A DNA stretch of 64,000 nucleotides, from NCBI RefSeq assembly GCF_006345805.1, contig NC_042997.1:185504001-185568000 (forward strand), in the 5' to 3' direction. This DNA is from Octopus sinensis. Its lineage: Eukaryota. Of the stretch, positions 1 to 12,262 are shown one piece after another. The position numbers and the translations under genes are program-made. The notes beneath the pieces are model-generated. The model was given only the letters and a program-made list of their open reading frames with translations. It did no database searches and was not told the DNA's origin. The first letter of the stretch is position 1. Each line of letters opens with the position of its first letter.

Positions 1-443
1 TATAAACCACATGGTTCCGGGTTCAGTCCCACTGCGTGGTACCTTGGGCAAGTGTCTTCCACTATAGCCTCGGGCCGACCAGAGCCTTGTGAGCGGATTT
101 GGTAGACAGAAACTGAAAGAATCCCGTCGTATATATGTATTTATATATATATATATATATGTATGTGTGTATGTATGTATGTATGTTGTATGTATGTATG
201 TATGTATGTATGTATGCATGTGTGTGTATATGTTTGTGTGTCTGTGTTTGTCCCCCCCCCCAACATCGCTTGACAACCTATGCTGGTGTGTTTATGTCCC
301 CGTAACTTAGCGGTTCGGCAAAAGAGACCGATAGAATATGTACTAGGCTTCTAAAGAATAAGTCCTGGGGTCGATTTGTTCGACTAAAGGCGGTGCTCCA
401 GCATGGCCACAGTCAAATGACTGAAACAAGTAAAAGAGTAAAA
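1..443 (+). mobile_element. SINE family A (tRNA-like head, CORE-like segment, internal TA/TG microsatellite, conserved tail), cut at window start
   Basis: ggttccgggttcagtccc B-box-like motif, accttgggcaagtgtcttc segment, tail ending gactgaaacaagtaaaagagtaaaa; more than 15 related full or partial copies in the window. Confidence 0.9.
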
Positions 444-764
444 AGTAACTCAAAGACAAGGTACACGCACGTACTTATACAGATACATACATATTCTCCA
501 ATATGTTCTTGACCCCTATAGGTTCCACACGAAACAGCCTTAGTAATTTAACTATTCCACTGGCCCTTCCTCCCATTCTAATTTGTTCTTTACATATTCA
601 TCCACCCATTATTAAACTTCAACCATATTTCTAAGATAATTTTCCATCGCTACAAAGCAGTACAATTACATTCTTTTTCTCTTTCCTACAGAATTTACCT
701 CTGAGTTGTAAATTGTTTCTCTAACATAATTTTATTGAAATTATCTTTTATTATAGGTTGAATA

Positions 765-1002
765 GTGGAGGCGTGTGGCTTAGTGGTTAGGGTATCGAAC
801 TCGTGATTGTAAGGTTGTGGTTTCGATTCCTGGACCGGACACTTCATTTTCACATTTCTCCAGTCCACTCAGCTGGCAAAATATAAGTAATCCTGCGACG
901 GATCGGCGTCCCGTCCAGGTGGGGAATTGCTACGCCACTGAAACAGGGGAACGGCCCTTATGAACCTGGCATGGATCGAGAAGGAACATTTACTATCTTT
1001 TT
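765..1002 (+). mobile_element. SINE family C with 11-bp TSD
   Basis: A box tggcttagtgg, B box ggtttcgattcc; TSD taggttgaata at 754-764 and 1003-1013; homologous to 5249-5490. Confidence 0.85.
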
Positions 1003-1087
1003 TAGGTTGAATAAACTATTGAACGAAACTTGAAATCACAATTAAATATTATTTTCTTCTAAAATGCATGGTATACATACATGCATT

Positions 1088-1228
1088 ACGATGGGCTTCA
1101 TATAGTTTCCGTTTACCAAGGGTTTGGTCGGCCTGAAGCAATAATAGAATTTACTTTTTCAATACGCCACTTAGTGGGACTGAAACCGGAACCATGTGGT
1201 TGAGCAGCAAAGTCTTGCCATGCAGCTA
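1088..1228 (-). mobile_element. SINE A head fragment
   Basis: Reverse-complement match to the family A head (gtgggactgaaaccggaaccatgtggtt). Confidence 0.75.
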
Positions 1229-2525
1229 TTTAATCGGTTGAAGCCAAAATTGCCTGTCAAATACTACCTGTTTCTCTTCACAAATTGATTCTTCATCTCA
1301 TCATTCTAGAAGCAAAATTTGATGGTGTTGTAATGTGACAGATGGAGGTTTTCTCCTATCGGCTAAGCAATAAGGTAAGCAGATTTTCTTCTCATTATTT
1401 AGCGGAAATTTCCTTTCAATGTCGCTTATTTACAATCCTTATTTAGCAATAAATCGTGAGCCTTTTATGGGTTTCGAAGGAGATATCTCTAGATACAAAA
1501 CGAAAACGAAAACGAAAAAAAACAAAACATGGATTACTTATTTAAGATAGCATGAGAATAAATCTGGAAGAAATGTATTTGCGAAAAGAAAAAAAGAAGA
1601 AGGGATAGATGGAGATAAAAGACATGGAATTAAAAAGAAACAGTGAATAATACAGGAGATGAATAGTAAATAATAGACCACTTTCATTGACTACTGAGTC
1701 AGTATAAAGTCATTACCAATCTTAGCGTGTAGATGTTTTCATAGATTGTATCATCTACTCAGTTCATAGTTTACTCACAGCTCGTGTCGTTGCTTAAAGG
1801 ACTGACACAGAACTGGATCGTAGTTAGTAAGTGAACTGTTTACTTTGATTGAGAATCAATATAAGAACTAAGAAAAGCTCCTCAACATGCAGGCCTTGCT
1901 ATGCAATTAGCTAACATTTAACACCTTAGGTTCCTCTATTCAGGAGGATCTTATCATTTTATACGTCACGATATAATCTTGCATTGTAAATTAGATAGAG
2001 TATTTTAAATGACGGTTGTATGCATGCACGATTAATGCAAATGAACACCCCATCCATTCTATTAAATTCGAGCAAATTGTCGGTTAGATTGTTGTACTTC
2101 GACACGCAAATGATGCCATTGCATATGTGAAGCAAAGACAATATTTTAGTATGTACTTGATCAATCTTAGCTTGCTTCTAAATATGTCACGACGATTTTG
2201 AACTGAGCTTTGTTAGTTCACCAGATGACCGATAGTTCTCGGTATACGTAACAAAACTATATAACGTGGCTCAGCTGGATTTTAATTGAATATTACTATC
2301 ATTCTCCAAATTGCTGTAACATGTAATGCTTGTGTAAAGCATAAAATATTAATTTAGTAGCATATAGAGACACATCACAGTTAGACAAGTTAAATTTTCC
2401 TCTCACAAATCTCATATATAACCTCACAACTTTTTTTGTTTTCATTAGAAGCTTCTATTCAAATATTGTTGGTTTAAGTCGTAAACATTCTTTCCGACAT
2501 GGTCTAGATTACTTTGTTTAATGTA

Positions 2526-2778
2526 GTGTATATTTAAACACAAGAGAAAACTACCTTTAACAGGTAGTTTTTGCACGCTAGAAGAAGCAGTCAAAACGAC
2601 CAAAACCACATTTAACAGCAATTTTTCAAGGGAATGAAAAATAAAAACTTTTACCTTGCTATTTTTTTTTACGGTTACGCCTAGGTTTCAGATTTCTTCA
2701 GCAAATAAAATAATTTGCTAGGCGAATCCTCATCGATTACCTGTTAAGGGTTGTTTTCTCTTGTGTTTAAATGTACAC
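2526..2778. mobile_element. MITE with 41-bp terminal inverted repeats
   Basis: gtgtatatttaaacacaagagaaaactacctttaacaggta (2526-2566) vs its reverse complement at 2738-2778, 3 mismatches; no coding content; no clean TSD. Confidence 0.8.
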
Positions 2779-2915
2779 GATTTTATATTTAGAATATGTT
2801 GTCTATTGACTTTTTATACTTGCTAGGCCACACTGGTGGTGAAATTTCTAAAAATATTTGCCATCCTACATATATATTTTACGAATATGTATATTACATG
2901 TATATAGATATGTCT

Positions 2916-3110
2916 AAGGCGGCGAGCTGGCAGAATCGTTAGCACGCCCGGTAAAATGTTTAGCAGCATTTCGTTCGTCCTTACGTGCTGATTTCAAATT
3001 CCACCGAGGAACCTTTTCCTTTCATCATTTCGGGTTCGATAAGTTAAGTACCAGTGTTTCACCGGATTCGTTGTAATCGACCAGGCCTTGTGCCTTTAGT
3101 AGAACGGATA
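2916..3110 (+). mobile_element. SINE family B, variant tail
   Basis: Head aaggcggcgagctggcagaatcgttag, B-box-like tttcaaattcc, central cgataagttaagtaccag. Confidence 0.8.
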
Positions 3111-3420
3111 TGTGTGTGTGTGTGTGTGTGTGTGATTGTTAATACGAATTGCTTAGTGAATTATTGACTCTGGTTTCATATACTTGTTTCCACACCCACC
3201 ACGTGGGAAACAGATTGAAGAGATGATTGATAAAGCTGTTATTATTGTTGCTCCTCTTTTGTTCCAAGTCATCTCTGATCAAGCTAGTTCTTTACCGAAT
3301 GTATTCTTGATGTAACCAGCTTGTTTTTCTCTATTAGTAGGAAAACTAAGAATACCTTACCCTGTGTATGCTTTTCTAATACGATGGGATGGACTTTGAG
3401 GGAGACTAATCAGCCATTAA

Positions 3421-4199
3421 AGCTGGCAGAAACGTTAGCACGCCGGGCGAAATGCTTAGCGGTATTTCGTCTGCCGTTACGTTCTGAGTTCAAATTCCAC
3501 CGAGGTCGACTTTGCCTTTCATCCTTTTAGGGTCGATTAAATAAGTACCAGTTACGCACTTGGGTCGATATAATCGACTTAATCCGTGTGTCTGTCCTTG
3601 TTTGGCCTCTCTGTGTTTAGCCCCTTGTGGGTAATAAAGGAATAGGTATTTCGTCTGCCGCTAAGTTCTGAGTTCAAATTCCGCCGAGGTCGACTTTACC
3701 TTTCATCCTTTCGGGGTCGATAAAATAAGTACCAGTTACGCACTGGGGTCGATGTAATCGGCTTAATTCGTTTGTCTGTCCTTGTTCGTCCTCTCTGTGT
3801 TTAGCCCCTTGTGGGTAATAAAGAAATAGGTATTTCATCTGCCGCTAAGTTCTGAGTTCAAATTCCGCCGAGGTCGACTTCGCCTTTCATCCTTTCGGGG
3901 TCGATAAATTAAGTACCAGTTACGCACTGGGGTCGATGTAATCGGCTTAATTCGTTTGTCTGTCCTTGTTTGTCCTCTCTGTGTTTAGCCTCTTGTGGGT
4001 AATAAAGGAATAGGTATTTCATCTGCCGCTAAGTTCCGAGTTCAAATTCCATCGAGGTCGACTTTGCCTTTCATCCTTTCGGGCTCGATAAATTAAGTAT
4101 CAGTTACGCACTGGGGTCGATGTAATCGGCTTAATTCGTTTGTCTGTCCTTGTTCGTCCCCTCTGTGTCTAGCCCCTTGTGGGTAGTAAAGAAATAGAT
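3421..4199 (+). mobile_element. SINE B tetramer: one head plus four tandem 184-bp body units, single 14-bp TSD
   Basis: Units start at ggtatttc at 3461, 3645, 3829, 4013; TSD taatcagccattaa at 3407-3420 and 4200-4213. Confidence 0.9.
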
Positions 4200-4674
4200 T
4201 AATCAGCCATTAATCAAGTAGATGGAGCGTGCATGTAGAAGCTCCCTCATATGCTTATGTGCGGAATAGTGTCTCGTAGTGTCTTTACCGGGGCATCATA
4301 ACTTCTATAGTAAATTAACATTAACCGTCTTGAACATTAAATTCACGCAGACAGATTAGAGAGAAATCATTACTTAAAAGCCACCAGCTAAAAGAGAAAT
4401 TACAACTATTGTGTTATTAAATATCGTGTAAAGGAATGTAAAGTTGAAAAAAATATACATAACAAAAAAAAAGGTGAAAACGAAGAATAAATAATGTTTA
4501 AGCATTTTTGATATTGTCAACTCTTAAAGAAAAGAACTTATCAAAAGAGAACGAAAATTGCATAAATATAAAAAAGAGAAAAAAAAATAATAAAAATTTA
4601 AAAAAAAGCAACCGAAATAGTTTTGGACACTAATTGAAAGTGTGTTGTGGTTGATGTTCTTGTTGTCGTTAATG

Positions 4675-4713
4675 CGGTTGTTGTTGGTAATCTTATTGTT
4701 GCTGCGTCGCCGC

Positions 4714-4751
<38 letters not shown>

Positions 4752-5080
4752 CCACCATCATCACCACCACCACCACCACCACCATCATGATCATCATCAT
4801 CAACATCATCATCATCATCATTATCATCATCATCATCAATGTGGTCGTCGTAGTCGTCGATGCTGTTGTTGTTGTTGTTGTTGTTATCACTTTATGTTTA
4901 GATATTGGCAACATATTGAATGAAGAATAGTCTGCAACAAAAGAACATTTTATTTTTTCAAAATTAATTATTGCTCTTTTCACTTCATATAACTTTGAAA
5001 TAGAAAATAGCAGTAATTAGCAGGACTGCTGCTACAAATCATCGCCATCTTCAGCAGCAGCAGCAGCAGCACCTGTAGTA

Positions 5081-5136
<56 letters not shown>

Positions 5137-5210
5137 TGTAGTAATAGCAGCAGCAGCGGCGGCAGCGGTGGTGGTGGTGGTGGTGGTGGTAGTAGTGGTG
5201 GTGGAGGTAT
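4675..5210. repeat. Compound trinucleotide microsatellites (CAT/CAC/GTT, then CAG/GTA/GGT)
   Basis: Direct reading; source of the poly-His and poly-Met ORFs. Confidence 0.95.
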
Positions 5211-5248
5211 ATGTGTTGCTTTTTTAATATCGGCACAAGAGATGAAGT

Positions 5249-5490
5249 GGAGGCGCGTGGCTTAGTGGTTAGGGTGTCAGCATCATGATTGTAAGATTGT
5301 GGTTTCGATTCCTGGACCGGGCGACACATTGTGTTCTTAAGGAAAACACTTCCTTTCACGTTGCTGCAGTCCACTCAGCTGGCAAAAATGAGTAATCTTA
5401 CGACGGACCGGCGTCCCGTCCAGGTGGGGAATTTCTATGCCACTGAAACCGGGAAACCGGCCCTTATGAGGCGGTATAACTCGAGAATGT
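5249..5490 (+). mobile_element. SINE family C
   Basis: ggaggcgcgtggcttagtggttaggg...ggtttcgattcctgg head; body similar to 765-1002. Confidence 0.85.
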
Positions 5491-5520
5491 AACTAAACTA
5501 CTTTATACTCTAACGATTCT

Positions 5521-5934
5521 TATTTCTTTATTGCCCACAAGGGACTAAATATAGAGGGGACAAACAGGGACAGAAAAAGAGATTAAGTCGATTACATCGA
5601 CTCCAGTGCGTAACTGGTACTTAATTTATCGACCGCGAAAGGATGAAAGGCAAAGTCGACCTCGAGGGAATTTGAACTCAGAACGAAGCGACATACGAAA
5701 TACCTATTTCTTTGCAGCCCACAAGGAGCTAATCACAGAGAGGACAAACAAGGACAGATGAACGGATTAAGTCGATTACATTGACCCAAGAGCGTAAATG
5801 GTACTTAATTTATCGACCCCGAAAGGATGAAAGGCAAAGTCGACCTCGGCAGAATTTGAACTCAGAACGTAGCTCAGACGAAATACCGCTAAGCATTTCA
5901 CCCAGTGTGCTAACGTTTCTGCCAGCTCACCGTC
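5521..5934 (-). mobile_element. SINE B dimer with 18-bp TSD
   Basis: Two body units on the minus strand; TSD ttatactctaacgattct at 5503-5520 and 5935-5952. Confidence 0.88.
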
Positions 5935-5984
5935 TTATACTCTAACGATTCTGGCAATCCACTACTCTGAAATGGCAGTAGCAA

Positions 5985-6176
5985 TACTGGCTTCAAATTT
6001 TAGCACAAGGCCAGCAATTTCGAGGAGGGAAAAAGTCGATCAAATCAAGGCTAGTGTTTAACTGGTATTTATCTCATCGAGAAAGAAGACGAAAAGCAAA
6101 TTCAACTTCTGCGGAATTTAAATACTGCTAAACATTTTTCCCTTCGTGGTAACGATTCTGCCAACTCGCCGCCTTA
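5985..6176 (-). mobile_element. Diverged SINE B, variant tail
   Basis: Ends in gattctgccaactcgccgcctta, the reverse complement of the family B head. Confidence 0.7.
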
Positions 6177-7267
6177 TTGGCTTTTATAATATTACTATTA
6201 TGTTACGGATACTTCTAAGTAAAAGCTTCTGTAAAGATTTCCCAAATAGGACAGTACAGATTGTCGCTCTATCATTACTGATCCTTGAATTCATCAAGAT
6301 TTAAACTGGGAAAAAATAGGGCATAACTTATTGCCATAAAGGTTCTGACCTGGTTATCCAATGGGCTGGTTCCTAAGAAAATAAGGAGGGTCTGCATCAA
6401 GAAGTGTCTAGTAATAACCTGTCCAACATTGAATAATTTTTTGGAAATTAATTCTAAGATGTGAGGAACGATCTTACCTTACGTGGTATATTATAAAATT
6501 ATTGATTTCATTTTGACGTTATTTGTTTAAAAAACTTTTGAAGTTTTTTGTTTTGTTTCTAGTTTCCTCTATTCAAATTTACATTTTATTTATTAAATCT
6601 AATATTCTCATTATCGTCGACATCTTGTCATTGCCGTGGTTATTGCTACGGAGTAATATTATTCATCTCTGCTCAATAATCCTAACGTACTAAACTAGAT
6701 GGTAAGAATCGTTTATAGCTTTGATGTTCTATCTATTCGCTGTGAAGATGAAGCCATAAGATTGAGGATTTGTTATGTGCAATTACTCTTTGAGATAAGA
6801 TTGGTGTAGGAAGTTGTTAATATATATTTGTCAGTTACAAAAGGACGACGAATGACAAAGATAGTTTAAATGCCTTTTGGTAATGTATGGATTAATAGAT
6901 ATCGGTTGATGGAACCAACTTTTCTCATTTCGAATTCGTAGTTCACTCGCTCAGTTAAAGTGAGAATTTATGTTTAGTATTTTGTAGTTGTAGTTGGTAG
7001 ATATGAAATATTTGAGTGAATAAAGCATCAAACTACCTGTTCACAGGAAGCGATTTTAAATCTTATGTAGGCTTTTGTTGTATTATTGGACAAGCCAATT
7101 GATTTCACGTTTATTCACTTTACCTAACTAGTTGGGAATAGATACCAGATTAAAGAACGGTACTTGTATTTGACTGGCTTTCTCATGGCAATATATTTGA
7201 TTTGCACATATCTTTATACAATTAAAGTAGAGATAAGATTTCTGTCGAAGATTAAAGGGAGAGATAA

Positions 7268-7270
<3 letters not shown>

Positions 7271-7325
<55 letters not shown>
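7271..7325. repeat. (GA)n microsatellite
   Basis: Direct reading. Confidence 0.95.
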
Positions 7326-7328
<3 letters not shown>

Positions 7329-7759
7329 TAAAGGGTGAGGAAAAGTAAGTATATGTTTGAAGTTAGTTTGTAATATTAGACAGATAATTAAGTTTCATAT
7401 TCTGATTAACTTTATTTCTTCAATTCGTAAATGATTTATCAAATATTCCTTCCTGGATATAAAATGGCGCTCATAATTAACATATTCATTGGAAGCAAGA
7501 CACTCTGAAAATTAGATCTATATGAAGTGCTGACATGTAAAAGCACAGTTCTCTTCACTTACATGACACATGCACATGTGTGTGATTTCATGTATACGTT
7601 TCGATTCATAAATATGAGTTGGAAATGAATTCAGTAAAGACATACAGACTAATCATTTATGGTTGTATTAATACTATTCTCTGTCGCTACTGCTTCCCCC
7701 ACACATACATACATCTAAAGTAAAACTTGAAAACTATCTACGCAGTGACTACTTATATC

Positions 7760-9200
7760 TGCTTCGAAGCTTCCTTCTGCGCCCGACCACTGATGTGTTG
7801 CTTTCACTTGAGCCTAAGATCTAGTTTGACGTCAATGATGTCGAATTGTTCATGCAGAAGGCGAGATCCAAATGTGCTTCAGTCAAAAAAAGTTTAGTAT
7901 ATAAATTATGCAAGCACTGTCCTGGAGTTGTCAAAGTATATTACAGCGCGCATGGAGAAGGGCTTTAATTTGTCTAAAGCAGAAGGGAGTTTATCCTTTA
8001 ATCAGTTTCACCGCTAACCTTCGTTGATGTAGAAGGCAAGCTGTTTTATGTGGTATAAATGAGGAGGATATCAAGATTTCTACCGTTGAGTGAACTCATA
8101 AGTACATCAATATAGGAATGTGGGGTCCCGTTATTCTCAGGGTATTTTGAATATGCTCAGGTGATTTGGAGCTCCAAGAAGTGGGTAGTTACCTTCAGTT
8201 GTCAGGATTAACCTCACGAAGGCCTATGAATCACTTCACCATGTCTTCAAAATGTTAAATTTTCTGTATTCTTGGACATGCAAAGGACCTTCGCATGCTG
8301 TTCCCTAGATTAGAAATCTTGTAGTTAACCTCCAAGGACTTCACAATGAACTAACAGGTTCTAGAGTGGGGCAGTGTAATGGGGTGCATCATTTCTCTAA
8401 ATCCTCTTCGAGATAGATAAGGAGTTGGTACTGAAAGATATACGAAGACATTAGGAAGAGTGCAGATCAATGGACATTTCGTACTGTCACCATTAGGGGC
8501 TTTTACTGAGGACATTCTTTCCATAGTGGAAACAAGAAAGGAATTAAAAGTTATTTCAATGAACTTCTTCAGCAGTATCAAGACACAGTCTATTCATAAT
8601 GTGATGGTTAGGCCAAGAAATATCCCTGTGAAATTGAAGAGATGAGTTCAAAGATTAGTGAACAGGAAATTATCTAAAGCATGCCTTTAAATGAAGCCTG
8701 GAGAGATGCTGAGATTCAAGCCAAATTGAAACCGGAGCTAACTGCCATAGACAACTCACTTTGGCATTCAAGTTTAAGATGAAGTATTATCAACATGGCT
8801 TTTTGCAAAATTCTTATAACCTCTCCAACTGTGTGAAATATTAACAATAATGAAAAGAATGGAAAGGTTTTCAAAGCAGGTCCCTCCAAAAGAGGCTTTG
8901 TACATCACCATACCTTACAAAATTGGGTTGCATAGTACTGCTGCAAAACTACTGTTGTTCGTTACTTCACTAATGAAGAAGCTTAAATTACCAAAATCAC
9001 ACTGCCACATGATGACGCAAGTTTTGGTCACTACCATTGTTCATTCAATCCAGAAACTCGAATGAGAGAAAAGGGGGTGAAATGGCAGAGACCACAAACG
9101 AAATAAAAGTAGAGATAAGTAGGAAGGAAAACTCACGTATTGGAGTGGGACAGATTCAGGTTAGTTACGATCAGTAAATTAATTCGCAGTATTGGAAAGG
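7760..9200 (+). mobile_element. Decayed non-LTR retrotransposon reverse transcriptase, HERO-like (restriction-like endonuclease clade)
   Basis: Hand translation across stops and frameshifts gives collinear motifs: QKARSKCA..YKLCKHCPG; PLTFVDVEGKLF (8011, cf. PISLLNVEGKIFF); INLTKAYESLHH (8207, cf. LDLANAYGSVPH); VMGCIIS (cf. AMGCTISP); LSPLGAFTED (FTED 8502-8513, decayed FMDD); MLRFKP; IGLHS..LLL..SL; G.KW. Confidence 0.75.
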
Positions 9201-9949
9201 AGTTTCTTTTTATCCACAGGATAAAATGTAAACTAAACTATGGGCAAAAAATCACGGATATTTCTTTTTAATATCAATGCGGCCTAGCATCACTGGAAGG
9301 GGCGATACTGATACAATGTGTCGAAATTGCTGAGACCTTATCTGATATAATTTCAGAAATTTTTCTAGAACTATAATGGAGAAGGGTCATGAAAATATAG
9401 TTAGCACTAACGTAATTCGAACAAGTACCCTTCTAAACACGAATTCGACTTGCTACCGTTGTATCACAATCAGCTCTTACATCTCTTTACATGCATGTAT
9501 TAATTATGTAATGCTGATAACTGCCATTACTGCTTATAAGATTCCAATAAAATGTTAAATGCTCTGAGGGAAATCAAAGAAAAGGTGTCAAACTGCATCT
9601 GAAAGTAGCTCTCACATCCTTCCTTCAATCGTCTTGACGAACCCTATTTTCGTAGCATGGTCTCTTTCTCTCTTTCTCCCTGTATCTCTCTTCCCACCCC
9701 CACTTATCTGATAACACCCTCGTTATCTTTATCTCTCTCTTATCTTTCTCCTTCATATTTCTTTATCATTCCTTAGATTTAACTCAAACAACACTTTAAA
9801 TGTCTTCTTGACTACTTCTGGTTAAATGAAAATAAATGAAGTGATATTGCAAACTATCAAATTAGGTTTAATTGAGTGGAAGGTTACAGTCATGAGTGAA
9901 ATAGAGTCACTGTTCATATTAGTTTATTTTTAAGTGGTCGATAATATGC

Positions 9950-11860
9950 TATAATCTTCATTAGTATTGTGCAATGTCAGTCTTGTAAATGTCAAAGCAT
10001 TTCTTCATTAAAAGCTACTAAGATGAGAAGAGGCAGTATCTATGACCTGAGCAAACCCTACACGACTGGCAAAGCTAATGATCAGCTTGACATCTGTAGG
10101 TCAGTTTCTGAAGAAAAATGTTGGGTGGGGGAAAATTCCAGAAGATTGCAGATGTAGTGGCTTAGGTTTGAATGAAGTTTTTATTGTTGAGCGGGGATGT
10201 AAGGGGTAGATGCACAAAATAGTAGTGACTAACTGCAAAATGACGAGTGAGAAGAATAGGCTTAAATGAAATGATTATGCGGTGATACATAGTTCAGAGG
10301 AACAGATGTAATTGCCGGTTGTGATAAGAGTAGAGAAAAGAAAATGTGTGTTTGTCTTCTAGAGTCTGAAGTGCGCTTCTGATTGAAACCTAATCACTCA
10401 AATATCATCCTTCTGGACACAGTCTATGACTTGCATTTAGCAGGAACGCCCTCGTCTATGATATTTAAGTAGTCTTAAGGATTCAATTCTTACTTCTTCC
10501 TTCTCTAAAAGATATGGTTGTTATTGTTTTTAATCATGTGTTGATTACTTTATAGTTTAGAGGAAACTTTCTCATATACATTTTAAACTAAATCAATTCT
10601 TCAAGCCTGTTTTACTGCTTATTTCTTGCCATCATATTGGCAGTTGGGGTGACTTCCACTAAAAAATATATTTTAATATCGCTCTTTGATATTTGTAGAT
10701 GCTTATCAGGTGGTCAGATTTCAACTAGCTTTTATGTTTTGAAGTTTAATCATCTTTGATCATAATATTCATAAATAATATTCATAAATTTGATCATAAA
10801 TGTTATAAAATTGCTGGTGGAGCTTAAAGCACGACTGAATTCATTGGACTTGAGTGGAAGCTTCCTCAGAGATTTTACAAAAACAACAAAAATATTTCAG
10901 ACACAAGAAGTAAGAAATGAATGAAAGCAGAGGCGGAAAACTAGGAAATTCATATGTAAGATGACGGTTGGCGACTCCCTTAAAACTAAATGTTTTTGCA
11001 GTTCATAAGACAAAATGACACCGGGAAAGGTAGGAAAATAAGCAAACTGTGTAACAGATCTTTGGTAGTTTAATGCCGATCTATGAAGAGAGATAGGCAC
11101 TTGAATTAAAGAATATAATATGTCGAAAAATGTTTCCATTACCTAGAGATGTTAGATTTAGTTTTGTAGGTAGTTTTCAACGTCATAGAATTCGCTTTGT
11201 GGATGAGACTACCGTGAGATGTCTTTAAACATTTGAAACACAACTCTCGAACGAGAAAGAGAAAGAGAGAAAGCGAGAATGAGAGAATGTGTGAAATGTG
11301 CAAGTATATGCAAGCAAGAGAGAGTGAAACAGAGAGAGAGAGGGGGGAGAAAAGAAAATGGAAAGAGAAGGAGAAAGAAAAATAGGATTAGAGAAAGAAG
11401 GGAGGGAGAGAGTCATGGAGGGAATGAGATTTTGAGAGAGGAATTTCTTTAAATGTATGCAACATGGAGAGTAACAAACGCAATGGTTACTTGTAGAGTA
11501 TATGTTGTTGGTTGTGCCAAAATTTTGTAAGACGGACAAATTTAGGAAAATCGTCTTGTCAAGGGACCAGAAAGCGTTGATGTAAGTAAAATGCTTGTAA
11601 GCAGTCTGAAACAAGGAGGCATCCTTTATCTTTTTTTATAGTAACCTTTATGGGGCAGTAGCAACGACAGACGGTTTCGTGTGGGAACTCTGTTCAAGCG
11701 TTTTGTCCGTTCGACAAAACTTCTAGTGGTTTGGAGATTACAAACTTTGTTTTGTAGGGTTGCGAAGGCACATCACCAGGTGGTTGGTATAGGTCACACT
11801 TTTAACTCTGTCTGATGTGCAGATGTTGAAAAAACCCTTCCTATCAGAATGAGAGGTGGT
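9950..11860 (-). mobile_element. Possible very old Penelope-like remnants
   Basis: Weak minus-strand motifs: KVCNLQTTRSFVER (GIY-YIG-like, about 11690-11770), FPKFVRL (about 11530), FDIYKTD (about 9980); not clearly collinear. Confidence 0.3.
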
Positions 11861-12228
11861 GACAGTCTAAGACAGAGTCTGTCTACGCTAAGCTCCATGT
11901 ACAATAACTACAGATATAGAAACGAAAAGTGATGCAGTCAATACAACTGATAGCAAGTGTTATATTACATAAGCGTACTTCACACACAGAGACGCACACA
12001 TGCACATACATACAGATATATATGTGAGTGTGTGCATGTTACATATATGCATATAAATGCCTACTTTTATCTACAAACATATGCACGCACTCACACACAT
12101 ATGCATACATTTATGCAACCATCCATCCATACATACATACAAATAATGCATATGCAAATATATTCACTCAAATATATAAGTATATATATATATATACACA
12201 TACATACATACATACATACATACATACA

Positions 12229-12262
<34 letters not shown>

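Noticed and set aside
765-840. SINE heads as real tRNA genes (also 5249, 22191, 26936, 35028)
   Set aside because: A and B boxes are present but acceptor stems do not close, and SINE bodies follow directly
1959-2141. Non-repetitive short ORFs (also 17274-17477, 48604-48825) as host exons
   Set aside because: No recognisable protein similarity or convincing acceptor/donor pairs
3461-4197. Regular repeat arrays as CRISPR or as a tRNA cluster
   Set aside because: Eukaryotic DNA; units are contiguous 184-bp SINE bodies with no unique spacers and no full cloverleaf
4642-4923. Poly-His ORF and overlapping poly-Met/poly-Tyr ORFs
   Set aside because: Translations of CAT/CAC/GTA microsatellites; no splice context or domain
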